DNA of 64,000 nt, from positions 165,912,001 to 165,976,000 of the forward strand of contig OZ024743.1 in assembly GCA_964016885.1 (NCBI GenBank). Reading direction: 5' to 3'. The stretch's first letter is position 1, and every line of letters begins with the position of its first letter. A program made the translations under genes and the position numbers. The notes under the pieces were generated by a model. It did no database searches, had not been told where the DNA came from, and saw only the letters and a program-made list of their open reading frames with translations. Source of the DNA: Eledone cirrhosa (Eukaryota). Shown piece after piece: positions 12,170 through 26,280 of this stretch.

Positions 12170-13176
12170 ACTTTGCGGGCCAATGGACGCGTCGTCCGCT
12201 TCTCGTGACTGGAGATGAAACAGGTGGCTTGCTGGGACAGCAATCTGTTGGAGTTTCTGGTGTAGAGACTGTAACAGTATCCATGATGGGTTTTTTTAAT
12301 CTGTCCACGCTGACAGAATTCTGTTTACCATCTAGATCGAGAATAAAATATTTCGGATATTGTGTTTACATCCTAACAGGCGAGTCAATAAAATATTTCG
12401 ATATATGTGTTTACATCCTAACAAGCGAGTCAGTTCCCCGAAGAGGTGAGAGTCAAATTGGCGTCCTCTGTCCGTTGTTATCTTCGCTGGGGCGCCATAA
12501 CGTGATACCCAGTGTAAAACCAAAGTTTTAGCGACTGTTTCTGCTGAGGTATCATTTATGGGAAAAGCCTCAGGCCAACGAGAAAATCGATCTATGCAGG
12601 TGAGCAAGTGTGTGTAGTTCTGTGATGGTGGTAGAGGTCCGACGATGTCGATATGCACATGATGAAAACGTGCATCAGGTTGCGCGAATGTGCCGAGTGG
12701 AGTTTTGATGTGTCTGTGGACTTTGGCTTTCTGGCAGGCAATGCAGCTCCTGGACCAGTCGCGCACGTCCTTGTTAATGTTAGTCCACACAAAACGAGCA
12801 GAGATGAGTTTCTGTATAGCCCGGATTCTCGGGTGAGACAAGCAGTGTAAAGCAGAAAAAACTTGTCGGCGATGCATCTGTGGTACGTACGGTCGTTCAT
12901 GACCGGTAGAAAGGTCGCACCAAATTTATCCCGGAGAAGAAGGAATGGGAACTTGCTGAAACTTGAGGGATGGCGAATCTCGGAGTTTCATAAACTCTTC
13001 GTCAGTTCTTGTTCAGCTGCGATCTGTTGAAGGTAGATGCCTGAATGCACATGTATTGCGTTCAGCTGGATTCGGGACAGGGCGTCGGCTGCTACGCTGT
13101 CTGATCCATTGATATGCCGAATATCAGTTGAATATTGGGAGACAAAATCCAGGTGTCGGAGTTCTCTCGGTGAATG
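12170..13176 (-). pseudogene. Frameshifted, internally deleted integrase region
   Basis: H..SHP...CIACQKAK zinc domain, [29 protein letters not shown]; broken at ~12400 by a 45-bp tandem duplication. Confidence 0.9.
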
Positions 13177-15138
13177 TCAATCAGGTTTGGTTCGGAACGC
13201 ATAAATTAATGGTTTATGGTCCGTGTAGATCACGAAATCTGATCCTTCAAGCATGTGCCGAAAATGCTTAACCGAAAGATAGGTTGCCAAGAGTTCGCGG
13301 CCAAAGGTACTGTATTTCGTTTCTGCCGGTTGCAACCGCTTAGAAAAGAAGGATAAGGGTTGCCACACTCCGTCGACATGTTGTTGTAGAACGCCTCCAA
13401 CCTCCGTGTCTGATGCGTCCACTAGCAGCGAAAGAGGAGCGCCAGACCTGGGGTAAACGAGCTTGGAAGCGTTTGCCAACATTTCCTTCAGGCGGTTAAA
13501 AGATGTTAATTCTTCCTCGTTTAGAGTGATCTCTTCGTTTTTGCGAGTCCGGTTACGAAGAAGGTCCGTGAAGAGTCTGGATGCGTCGGAACAATGAGGG
13601 ATAAACCGCCTATAAAAATTCACAAGACCGAAGAATTCACGCAGTTTCCGAAGTGATGTAGGTGCAGGAAAACTGCGGATAGCTTCTACTTTGTCGGGAA
13701 GTGGACGAATGCCGTCGATGATGTGCCCGAGAAAGGACAGTGCAGGAACGCCGAGAAGGCACTTGCTGGGGTTGATGATGATACCGTACTCAGCCAAACG
13801 TCGGAAAAGGAGATCTAAATGCTTCTCGTGTTCATTCTCGGAAGCACTTGCTACCAGTACGTCGTCAATATACGCGTATACGAAGGGTAGATCGCTTAAC
13901 ACGGTGTCAATAAACCGCTGAAAAGTTTGTGCAGCGTTGCGCAGACCGAACGGCATTCGCAGGAATTCGAATAAACCGAACGGTGTTGTGATTGCGGTTT
14001 TCGGAATGTCTGCAGGCTCCATAGGTATCTGGTTATATGCACGCAACAAATCTACCTTGGAAAAGATACGTGCGCCTTGCAGAGAGGCAGAAAAATCGTG
14101 CAGGTGAGGTACAGGGTAATTATCGGGCACTGTAGAATTGTTAAGTGCACGATAATCCCCACATGGTCGCCAATCATTCTCGCTTTTTTTTGGAACAAGG
14201 TGTAGGGGTGCAGACCAGTTGCTGGAGGAAAGGCGAATGATTCCGAGGTCCAGCATGTGTTGGAACTCCTGCTTGGCGATTCTCAATCGGTCTAGAGGTA
14301 GTCTCCTTGGTTGGGAAGCTGTGGGTGGTCCCTTTGTCTCGATGTGGTGCGTGACACTATGCTTAATGGGACCATCCTTAAATACCGGGCGAGTGATGTC
14401 TGGGTATTTCTGGAGAATGCCGTTGTACCGCGAAGGCTCTGATTGGCACATTACAGGGCTCACTGTGGATTGCGTCGTAAATATACCTCTCACAGTGAGG
14501 TTTGTGGTGGTGTCAATAAGCCTCCGGTTCTTCATATCCACCAGAAGGTTGAAGTGGTGGAGAAAATCGGCTCCTAGGATCGGGGTCGGCAGGTCTGCCA
14601 CGACGAACACCCATTGAAAACGCCGCCTCAGGCCTAAATTGAGGGTCAGAGACTTCTCCCCGAAAGTCGGAATTGACGATTGGTTCACTGCCTGCAGAAA
14701 GGACGGGGTTGGGTGTCTTTTTCCCGAGATCAGTGAAACCGGAATAACACTAACCTGGGCTCCTGTATCCACGAGGTAACGGATGCCTGACGCCTGGTCG
14801 TTAATAAAAAATAGACGACTTTTCTTTTCAGTACCAGGGGTGAACGTCGTCGCCAGGCCCTGGGTGGCATTCCGGAAAGAGCACGGGGCTTTGCACTTAG
14901 ATGCCTGTGCGCCGAAATTTGTGTGATACCAGCAGAGGTTGCCAGGCACACAATTTTGACTGGGACTACTGGATTTTCGACTGTGAAAAGGCCTGGATCG
15001 ACTGTTGCTGCGTCGCCGGTGTGTTTGAAAGGTCAAGTTTTCTACTTGATTCGAGAGGGCTTTAATTTGACCAGCCCGCTCTCTGATCATAGCCTGCAGC
15101 TCTGAAATCTCGGCCTCTGTCGTTTGTGACATGTCCAT
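13177..15138 (-). CDS. Gag C-terminus + protease + RT + RNase H polyprotein, 653 aa, premature stop
   Basis: LVDTGA protease, [35 protein letters not shown]. Confidence 0.93.
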   Translation of the reverse strand: MDMSQTTEAEISELQAMIRERAGQIKALSNQVENLTFQTHRRRSNSRSRPFHSRKSSSPSQNCVPGNLCWYHTNFGAQASKCKAPCSFRNATQGLATTFTPGTEKKSRLFFINDQASGIRYLVDTGAQVSVIPVSLISGKRHPTPSFLQAVNQSSIPTFGEKSLTLNLGLRRRFQWVFVVADLPTPILGADFLHHFNLLVDMKNRRLIDTTTNLTVRGIFTTQSTVSPVMCQSEPSRYNGILQKYPDITRPVFKDGPIKHSVTHHIETKGPPTASQPRRLPLDRLRIAKQEFQHMLDLGIIRLSSSNWSAPLHLVPKKSENDWRPCGDYRALNNSTVPDNYPVPHLHDFSASLQGARIFSKVDLLRAYNQIPMEPADIPKTAITTPFGLFEFLRMPFGLRNAAQTFQRFIDTVLSDLPFVYAYIDDVLVASASENEHEKHLDLLFRRLAEYGIIINPSKCLLGVPALSFLGHIIDGIRPLPDKVEAIRSFPAPTSLRKLREFFGLVNFYRRFIPHCSDASRLFTDLLRNRTRKNEEITLNEEELTSFNRLKEMLANASKLVYPRSGAPLSLLVDASDTEVGGVLQQHVDGVWQPLSFFSKRLQPAETKYSTFGRELLATYLSVKHFRHMLEGSDFVIYTDHKPLIYAFRTKPD

Positions 15139-15163
15139 GTTGATATTTTCTTAGGTGCTGTCT

Positions 15164-15195
15164 GGTTGCGCGTTCGACTCACGTTCGGGTCACCA
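15164..15195 (-). promoter_or_regulatory. Primer binding site complementary to the 3' part of a tRNA-Trp
   Basis: TGGTGACCCGAACGTG... starts 2 nt after the 5' LTR; + strand reads ggttgcgcgttcgactcacgttcgggtcacca. Confidence 0.85.
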
Positions 15196-15197
15196 AT

Positions 15198-15809
<612 letters not shown>

Positions 15810-15810
15810 C

Positions 15811-15881
<71 letters not shown>

Positions 15882-15915
15882 CATATGTATATATATATAC
15901 ATATATATACATATG

Positions 15916-15953
<38 letters not shown>

Positions 15954-15959
15954 CATATG

Positions 15960-16940
<981 letters not shown>

Positions 16941-16964
16941 TATATATATATATATATATATATA

Positions 16965-17165
16965 CGTTATTCCGGGTTGAATCGGAGGTAACCACAGTAA
17001 GTAAGGTACTCAATACATAGCAGAGTATAACAGTTTTAATATAGATGAGATTCTACAGGACTAGAACTGTTTCATTCATTTGAAATCATCAGGAATCCTG
17101 ATTCCTGATGATTTCAAATGAATGAAACAGTTCTAGTCCTGTAGAATCTCATCTATATTAAAACT
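16965..17165. mobile_element. Fold-back mini-element with inverted hammerhead cores and a one-sided tail
   Basis: 17033-17096 is the reverse complement of 17101-17164; CTGATGA(17105)-ttca/tgaa-GAAA...GTC. Confidence 0.8.
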
Positions 17166-17166
17166 A

Positions 17167-17202
<36 letters not shown>

Positions 17203-17220
17203 CGTATATTTATATATATG

Positions 17221-17251
<31 letters not shown>

Positions 17252-17379
17252 GTATATATATATGCATGTATATATGCATATATATATATGTATATATATA
17301 TAAATATATATAATATATATATGTGCATATATATATATACACATATATATATATATATGTATATATATATACATATGTA

Positions 17380-17436
<57 letters not shown>

Positions 17437-17599
17437 GTATATATATATGTATATATATATACATATGTATATATATATATATATACATCATTCATCAAAT
17501 TTAACGGCTAACAAACAAGATTGGAGTTATCTTTCCCTTTTCAATCGTGTAAACATAAACATGATATAATATGTACGATAAACTACATAACTTCGCTAA

Positions 17600-19828
17600 A
17601 TTTACAATATTCTGAAAACATACCCCTTGTTGTCACCATACCCCCTGACCTCCCCCTCTCCGCACCTGAGCGCTCACTTCTTAGTAGAGGCCTTCGCTTC
17701 ATACCCCACACTCCGCACAGCGACGAGTTCCGCACCCGAACGGAAGTCGAGTGATTCGTGCGACGCACTAAGCTACAGGCACATTTCAGCCGAACGCCAC
17801 CGGCTCCGGACGCCCCAGACCCGTTTCTCGCCCTGGGCCGACGACCATCTTCTTGGACGCCGGCCCCAGGGCAATTTAGCACTCTGGACGCCTTCGTCGA
17901 TGCCAGCCGTAGCGCAGTAAATCGTTTCGACTTCCGCCACCGTTCCAAACGGTACAATATCTCACGGGGCGAACTCCTCGCTCTCCGCTCCCTCCGTAGC
18001 CGAGATGACATCGTCATCAAACCGGCGGACAAGGGAGGCGCCGTAGTGGTGTGGCGCGCGGACCTCTACACGGCCGAAGCCCTCAGGCAGCTCTGTAACC
18101 CCCTCTTTTACCGCCCTCTACCCTCCGATCCCACCCCCCTCTACCAACAACAAGTCTCCTCCACCATCAAAGACCTTATCGCCTCCTCCCTCCCCCCCCC
18201 CCCCCCCCCCAACGCTTCCCACCTCATCGTCCGCACCCCCCGCACCCCCACCATCTACTTCGTCCCCAAACTCCACAAACCCGACAACCCCGGCCGCCCC
18301 ATCGTTTCCGCTTGCAACTGCCCCACCGAACTCATCTCCGCCTTTCTCGACTCCCTCCTCGCCCCCCTTGTCACCACCCTCCCCTCCCACATCTCCGACA
18401 CCAACCACGCCCTGCGCCTCTTCGACTCCTTCACCTACCTACCCGGCCCACAGCCCTTCCTCTTCACCCTAGACATCAAGTCCCTCTATACAGTCATCCC
18501 CCACGCCGACAGCCTTCGCGCCCTCAAACACTACCTCGACCTTCGCCCCTCCCCCATTCCCTCCACCCCCACCCTCCTTCGCCTCGCCGAGCTGGTCCTC
18601 ACCCTAAATTGTTTCTCCTTCTCGGGTGAGTTTTACCAACAGGTCACGGGGGTAGCCATGGGCACAAGAATGGGCCCGAACTATGCCAACCTTTTTGTTG
18701 GCCATGTTGAGGCCCAAATCTTTGCCCAGTACACCGGCCCCACGCCCGAACTGTACGGTCGTTACATTGACGACTGTATCGGAGCCACGACCCTCACCCG
18801 AGAACAGCTCGACTCCTTTCTCTCCTTCTTCTGCTCCTTCCACCCCTCCCTCCACTTCACCACCTCTATCTCCACCACCCACGTCCACTTCTTAGACATC
18901 TCCGTCGCCTTCGACCCCTCCCACCACCTCCGCCTTCTTCAAACCCACTGACTCCCACTCTTACCTCGACTTCACCTCTTCCCACCCCACCCACACTAAA
19001 CACTCCGTTCCCTACTCCCAACTTCTCAAGATCCGCCGCCTCTGTAGCCGTGATGCTGACTTCGAGTCCCAGGCCCTTTCCCTAGTCAGCCATTTCATCC
19101 GCAGAGGTTACCCCCCTCTCTCGTCTACACCGCTCTCACCCGCGCCCGTGCTGTCCCCCGCTCCACCACCCTCACCCATCGCCACCGCACACCCACCCAC
19201 CGTCTCCCCTTCCCCATCACCTACCACCCCTCCACCTTACCCCTCCACCGCACCATCCGCCGCCTCTTCCGACGCCTCCAGTCCGACCCCTCCACCTCCC
19301 ACATCTTCCCAACCCCACAACTCCCCTCCTTCAAACGCGCACGCAATCTCCGCACCCTCCTCGTCCACAGCTCCCTACCCCCAACCCACGCTCTGTTTCC
19401 CCCCCCCCTCCGGTTCCTTTCCCTGTTCTAGGCCCCGCTGCAACACCTGTCCCCACATCACCAACACCACCACCTTCCAGAGTCCCAACGGCCACTCTCT
19501 CTCGGTCCGGCATGCCTTCCGCTGCACCTCCTCCAACCTAGTCTACGGACTTCGCTGCACAGAGTGCAGCGCGACTTATGTCGGACAGACGGGACGTCGC
19601 CTGGCGGACCGAGTCACGGAGCACCTCCGGGATATTCGTCTCGGGGGCAGTTCCCCCATCGCCCGCCACTTTGGTGGCCCTGGACACTCCGCACGCCATC
19701 TCACAGTCTGTGGCCTACTCCAGTGCCACGGAACACCCGCCCATCGCCTTACGGTCGAACAACGAACTATCTTCATCTTACAGACCCACACTCCCCCCGG
19801 CCTGAACTCCCCACCCTTATTCCTTTAG
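17600..19828 (+). pseudogene. Penelope-like (Neptune-like) RT + GIY-YIG ORF with frameshifts, very C-rich
   Basis: LLSRGLRFIP, IKPADKGGAVVV, PKLHKP..PGRPIVS, TLDIKSLYT, GVAMGTRMGPNYANL, RYIDD, CSRPRCNTC, NLVYGLRC..C...YVGQTGR. Confidence 0.95.
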
Positions 19829-19829
19829 C

Positions 19830-20555
19830 GTTCGACCGCCCCCCTCCCCCCACACTTATCCCCCACTAACACACCCCTCCTTTTCACCGCCCACCCCACA
19901 CTAACAATACTAACACCTCCACTCCACCCCTCATCTGACCACCCTTCCCCAACTAACATACTAACATCCCTTCCCTCCCCTCTTCTCCTCCTCCCTCCTC
20001 CTTATCACACGCACACACCCACCGGCACATATATACACGCGCTCACACTAAACACACACCCTACTACCACCACTAACCCTCACCTCCACACCTCTCACCC
20101 CCACACCTCCATCCCACCACCCCGCAACTAACCTCACTAACACCCCCTAACCCCAAGCACACGAACACACGCACCCACTTACACCACCCACCCCACACGC
20201 AACTAACATCACTAACACCCCCCAACCCCACGCACACGTACCCACACACCCTCGTACACCACCAACTCTACACACCCTACCACCACTAACCCCCACTCAC
20301 ACCTGCATTCAACCCCTCCCCACCTCCCGTATACTAACACCCACTAACACCTCTTCATCAAACTACACACACACCAGTACACCACACTCCCTCCATAGAA
20401 CCACACACACCCTTCTCTCCCCACTCCACCCACACCCTCGCTCCACACTCACTCATCCCACTAACACCCCTACTAATACACACACACCCTCCTCACTCCA
20501 ACTTTCACACCTACCCATCCTCGCCCCCTACCATTCCACTGACTGCTGCTGTGCC
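19830..20555 (+). repeat. C/A-rich PLE 3' region with about 14 ACTAAC motifs
   Basis: Counted by eye in 19864-20466; almost no G on the + strand. Confidence 0.8.
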
Positions 20556-20557
20556 CT

Positions 20558-20716
20558 CTAGCCACCTCCCGCTTTTCGCGGATTATCGAAATAAAAGGCA
20601 CGCCAACGCAACCTTTTAATGAACGCGTCTGTTTTCTGTATCAGGAGTTTTAGGTATGTTTTCCTGCTTGGTACGGGTATGTTCTTTGTAGAAATATTCA
20701 GATGTTGTTTCTGCAT
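20558..20716 (-). pseudogene. N-terminus of a PLE ORF, inverted relative to the adjacent GIY-YIG fragment
   Basis: Manual translation MQKQHLNISTKNIPVPSRKTYLKLLIQKTDAFIKRLRWRAFYFDN matches the KNIP.PS...IKR.RW.A PLE N-terminal pattern (from memory). Confidence 0.7.
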
Positions 20717-20727
20717 GATGAATATAA

Positions 20728-22229
20728 GTCAGTACAGTTGCCCCCTATCCGGGAAATGCCTCTCTAGTAACATTGTCTACAAATGTAAGGTTGTAACACC
20801 CACGTCCCGTAGGGCCTACATAGGGTTCACCGCCAATAGTTTCAAGCAGCGTCTTTACATGCATACCCATTCTTTTCGTTACCCTCTAAGAAGGAATATG
20901 ACGTCACTTTCAGCTTATATCTGGAGTCTAAAAGACAACCACACCCAATATAAGTTACACTGGGAGATCCTAGCTAGGGCTAGATCGTATTACGGAAATA
21001 AAAGACCATGTGACCTCTGCGCCGCTGAGGCCCTCGAAATACTCTACGCCACAGACCACATCTTAAACAAAAAATCCGAGGCAATTTCGGCTTGTAAACA
21101 TAAATTGCACAAAACTTTCCTGTATTACAGCCCCATGATATACCCCAACGGATAGCACGATCTATACGTGGATATTTTACGTCATGATGCGGGAGCTAAG
21201 TATATGTTTTGTTTATTCCTTTACTTATTTGCATAGGTAAGTATATATTACCCGTATGTTTTGTGAAGGTATGTATACCTTCTCGACTGCTATGGCGTAT
21301 AATTTTTACATATTCTGGTATTTAGGGTTTGGCTATGTGTATACGGGAGTTTTGCGTCTGCATTAGTATGCAGGTTCGTAAGTATGGTGAGTGTGTGTAT
21401 ATGTGTACTTCTTGTTTTAGTTGACCTACGTCTCCGAACATTCGTGTATTTATTTGTAGGTATGTGCGTGCGCTTGTTATATACGTATTTATTTACTTAT
21501 ATACGTTTATATAATTATTTATTTATTTGTACACAAGCATACACACACACACATATTTATATGTGCGTGGTTTCGTATACCTATGGTAAGGTTTTGCGGA
21601 TGCTTGTGTATGTACGTATCTGTTTGCGTGTATGTATTTATTTGTTTCTATTACTTCTGTATTGTATTTATTTACTTTGTTCTTAACTCTGTAGCGGAGA
21701 TTCATTTGGTCTCCTAGTTAGTATTTTAGTCTACGACATCTGCTATACCATTTACGTGGTTTTGTCTTTGCGTGCTATTGTTCTCCACGCTCCACATATG
21801 ACTTATTATCTTCGTTTTTTCGTTCATTGCCAGAGAACGTCTCTATGCACCACCTAAGAGAACATTAGTCTACGACCTCTTTTATACCATAAACGTGGTT
21901 CTGTCTTTGCGTGTAATTGTTTTTCACCGCTCCTATTAATGACGTATTATTCGTTTTTTTCCCGTGCTTTGCCAGCGAACGTTACCACGAACCAAAGTAT
22001 CGTCTTCCTGTCTTCCTCCGGTTGCAACGTTTTTTGAAATATCCAGTTCTGCGTTTACAGATTGACTTTGTTAGTTTCAGAAGATCCCGTTAAGGGTGAA
22101 AGCAGCGATTCTTTGCTTAAACTTTAATCTGTTATTTTAATAAATATTTGCTCTACGGTTTTTATATATTTGATATAAATTTTCCTTATCGAGCCCTCTT
22201 TGGATTTTAGTCTTCAATTTTATTATTAT

Positions 22230-22232
<3 letters not shown>
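20728..22232 (+). mobile_element. 5'-truncated PLE (GIY-YIG, long 3' UTR, hammerhead, tail)
   Basis: CPLSGKCL..IVYKC..YIG..FKQRLY.H..SF..LS.YIW.LK..CDLC..E..ACKH; ~140-bp internal duplication in 21726-21985. Confidence 0.9.
22073..22123 (+). ncRNA. Hammerhead motif with variant CAGAAGA core
   Basis: agttt-CAGAAGA-tccc/gggt-GAAA-gca...tgc-TT-aaact: all three stems form. Confidence 0.65.
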
Positions 22233-22260
<28 letters not shown>

Positions 22261-22265
<5 letters not shown>

Positions 22266-23545
22266 ATACTTTGGGAGGGGCATGTTGCCAATAAGAAACA
22301 CACGCACCAGTTGCTTTCACTTCAATTTATTATGATAAATTTATAAATTTAAGAATTTATAAATTTCCGGTTGGTTGGTTGGTTGGTTCCATAACCAGAT
22401 GGTTGTTTATATATTGTCAAAGTTCTTTCGTCACACATTCTGTGACCTCTTCAGTGACTGGGGATTCTTTTCTTTGTTTTTCTGCCTCTCCTTTGTTCTG
22501 TCCTACGCCATTTTGTTTCTGTGTGTGTGTGTTGTGTGCTCAGTCTGCGCATGCGCCACATCCGGGTGTCTGTGTGTGTTTATATTCGTTTATTTATTTG
22601 TTTATTTACATGTTACAGGTTGGTTGTTTGTTCTATGTGCGTGTGTGTTTTCATTTTGTCCTTAATTGTAAGTTATGATGTTGCTGTTCCACTCATGTTT
22701 TCTATTTAATTTTGGTTGTAATTCTTTTATGTTTATTCCCTCTACGATTTGTCTAAACATTGCGTCTTTTCTGTGTGTAGATTCTATTTTTATTTCTATG
22801 TTCTCTAATTTACCCTTATGTTCTATTTTAGCATGTTGGTAGAGTACAGATGATTCTTTACTATCTTGAAGGTCTCGCCAGTGTTCATTTATCCGTTCCC
22901 CTACACTACGAGCTGTCTCACCTATGTACACTATATTTTTGTCTCTACATTGTCCTTCAGTACATCTTATGCTATATACTACATTTCTAGTTTTACAGTT
23001 AATATGGGGGCTTAATTTACAGGTTATACATTTCTTATCTATACAGGGGGGTCTTTGAAAAGGGTATGTCTTGCTAATAAGTGTTTTTACGGAGGTACGT
23101 GATCTTTCTACTATCTTAATATTGAGTTTATGTTTATCTAGGGCCCTTCTAAATTTGTAAGCTAATTCACCTCTAGGGGTTGTGTCGATGAACATTACAC
23201 TCTGGTATTTATTGCTATCATACCATGAGTTTACTCTATTAGCCTTATTCCTAGTTCTTTCTATTCTATTCCAAAATTTGCTCCTATACAAGGGGCAGGT
23301 CCCATTTGTGTCATTATTTACCATTTTTTCTCATTTGGTTCTGGCTCCTCTATACACTCTGATTTTATCTCTCTGATTGTAACCAGAGAACTGCATACGG
23401 TGGATGAAGTGTTGCATGTGTCTCTCTAGTTCTTCGGGGTTGCACATGCGGGACACGTTTCTCATCACTCGTACCAAATCCGCAATCAGTATGTTGATTT
23501 TGGTATGGTCCGAAACAGCTGAGTTTCGGTGGATCAGATGTTTAA
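22261..23545 (-). mobile_element. 5'-truncated PLE (thumb/linker + GIY-YIG, possibly Nematis-like) with pLTR
   Basis: MQFSGY upstream; ORF 22662-23324 C..KCITC..NCKTRNVVYSIRC..YIGETARS..LNRKHEW; hammerhead at 22416-22458. Confidence 0.9.
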
Positions 23546-23667
23546 ATGTGTATAATGTTTGGTGTGTGTGTTCGCGTTTGAGTGTATGTGTTTTGGTTTT
23601 TGTATTCTATCTTTGTTTAATAGTGTGTGTTTATATGTGTTTGTTGTTATTGTACTTGTATATATAT

Positions 23668-23706
<39 letters not shown>

Positions 23707-24372
23707 TTCATATTTCCCTTCAGTCAGTATTGTTTGTTTGGATATGGTTGTTGTTGTTATTCCATTCGTTTTTTTCTGTTTAACTTTGGTTTTCTAAGCT
23801 CTATTTCATTCGCTTCTCTGATTTGTCTACCTGTTGGGTCATTTCTATGTGTAGATATTATTTTAATTTCTATGTTGTCTATATTATCGTCATGTCTTTG
23901 TCTGGCGTGTTCGTATTGTACTGAACCGTTTTTTGTCCTTTTAATTCCCTCAGTGTTGGTCTATTCTTTCTCCTATGCTTCGAGCTGTTTCACCTATGTA
24001 TGTCGTTGTCATGTTTCTGCAAGTACCCTTTGTACATCTTATGCTATAGACTACATTTCTAGTTTTACAGTTTATCTGGGGGTTCACTTTACGTATAACA
24101 CATTTCTTATTAGTACAGTGGATTTTCTTAAAGAGGTTTGTTTTGCTGATCAGGGATTTTATGGTAGTTCCTGACTTTGCTACCACTTTAATCTGTAAGT
24201 GGGTCTTTCTTAGGGCCTTTCTACATTGGTTAGCTAATTTCTCCCCATGGGTAGCATTCACGAACATGACACTCTGGTATCTCTGGTTGTCGTACCATGA
24301 AGTGGCTTTCCCTATCTTATGTTTAGTCCTATCTAAGCGATTCCATTATTTGCTCCTGTATAATGGGCAAAT
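23546..24372 (-). mobile_element. Diverged relative of the preceding PLE (GIY-YIG fragment)
   Basis: ORF 23950-24267 NCKTRNVVYSIRC...YIGETARSIGERIDQH. Confidence 0.85.
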
Positions 24373-26114
24373 TCCAAAGAAGGAAAAACAAAAGCAGGTG
24401 AACAGATCCCATCGTCTGTGTCTTCCAACGATGGGACCTGTTCACCTTTTTCTTTTCTCCCTTTTTCCCTTTTCTCTTTCTTCCTTTCTCCTCACTACCT
24501 CTCTCCCTTTGTTCTTTCTCTTTTCCTTCTTTTTCCTTCCCTTTTCTCTCCCTTTTCTCTACTTTTCCTCCTGGCCTTTTGATTAAGAGAGGGCCTCGGG
24601 CGCGCCGCGGATCGCTACAGATGTCCTATAAATAAGCGCCGAATCATCTGGATCGCGAATTTACAGCTGACGATGGATTCTTTCTTCTTTTCTCCTTTTG
24701 TTCCGTCCAAACCACCATCCTAAACCCTATATATATATATATATATAAATACAATATCGGCGAAAGCTTTTTAGCGATACTCCAGCCAAATTCCAACTCA
24801 CTCAACAAACATTAGGAAATAAGTGATTATATTCCCAATTATGCGTTCGGGGTGCTAACTAAAAGTATTGCGTGGAAAATTGGTTGTATTATTTCATATG
24901 AGACATATCGAATATATCTCTTCCCAGACGGACGTCTCGTTTCATTATAGGATTCCTACAATTTGGGTTAAATTATACCAATTTATGTAGGAGCTTGTAT
25001 ACCATCAATAGATATATATTCAAGTGGGCTCCTATAATTCATCAGTGGGTACCCCAATAATACTAATATTGATAATCTAACCAACATCAGTATTTAGCGA
25101 TAATCATCATCTGTACCTGAGGCATCTGTCAGCTTGCCAGTCCAGCAGTTCTAAAGAAATGCTCAAACTGATTCAAAAATGAGGAAGTAAATTACCGCCA
25201 TATATATATATATATAGGGTTTAGGATGGTGGCTTATATATGTATATATATATATTTAGTCAATCAGTTAAGGAAGAACAGTGCCTGTAACCCTAGTGGG
25301 GGAGGGGGAGTTACCCTCAAACCGAAGAACTAGCTCGAATATTTGCACTAGAGTGGAAGCGCTAAAAGGATCCCATGGCAAGATCATTGTGTTAAACCGG
25401 ATGAAAAATTAAGTCCTATCATCCATGTAGGGATTTGAACTGAGGGCACGAAATGCCGGAATAAGAATCGCTTGAATTATGTCACAGAGCCCTATTTTCA
25501 TTTCTCTAAAGTATAGGTAAATTTGCTATTCTGAGAAATCAAGTGAGTGTCTGCGTAAGTCAACTATAGTGTCTCTGTAGGCAATAATATATACAAAGTT
25601 TATGGAATGTCAAATGATTTGATTACCACAAGGAGAGGTGGAAAGCTGACGTATCAAGATTTTTACCTTTCAATGGGCTGAACTGAGATTGAACTATACT
25701 AAATACCAAAATTCTTATATTTCTACGGTCATTTTATATGCTTTTAAAACTATTTTGAGCTTTTAACGCCTGGTTTACGTTATTTGAACCTAGGTTATTA
25801 GGTCACATTTCTGTGGGTCCAATACCGGAAAAATATTTTATTTATTCCATCAAGAGTATAACAACTACAGAATTATATATAGTTAGTATATATAGTTAGT
25901 ATATTGGGGTTAGACAACAATAATTAAATTACTAGATACACAAAGTGTATTATCAGAATTAACAGTGTCGGAGAAAAGATATTAGAGACCTTTAATTTTT
26001 TCTGTTCAAATCACACTAAATGAGTAGTGTTTGTTTTTGATCCTTCTAAAATCATTAAAATATACAGCAGTTGAGTACTTATTATAATGGTATATAATTT
26101 AGTCACACCATCAG

Positions 26115-26280
26115 CAATTTAGGTGGATGGGAACTTGATTATATTTACCCCAGTACTGAACTGGTACTTCATTTTATTGATTTCGGCAGGATGAAAGACA
26201 AAGTTGACCTCGACGGTATTTGAAATCATAAGGTAAAGAGCCGTAACAAATACTGCAAAACATTTAGCCAATTCACCAAT
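26115..26280 (-). mobile_element. tRNA-derived SINE (octopus-type)
   Basis: Reverse complement has box-B-like ttcaaat then gaggtcaactttgtctttcatcc...aagtaccagt; matches 52441-52560. Confidence 0.7.
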
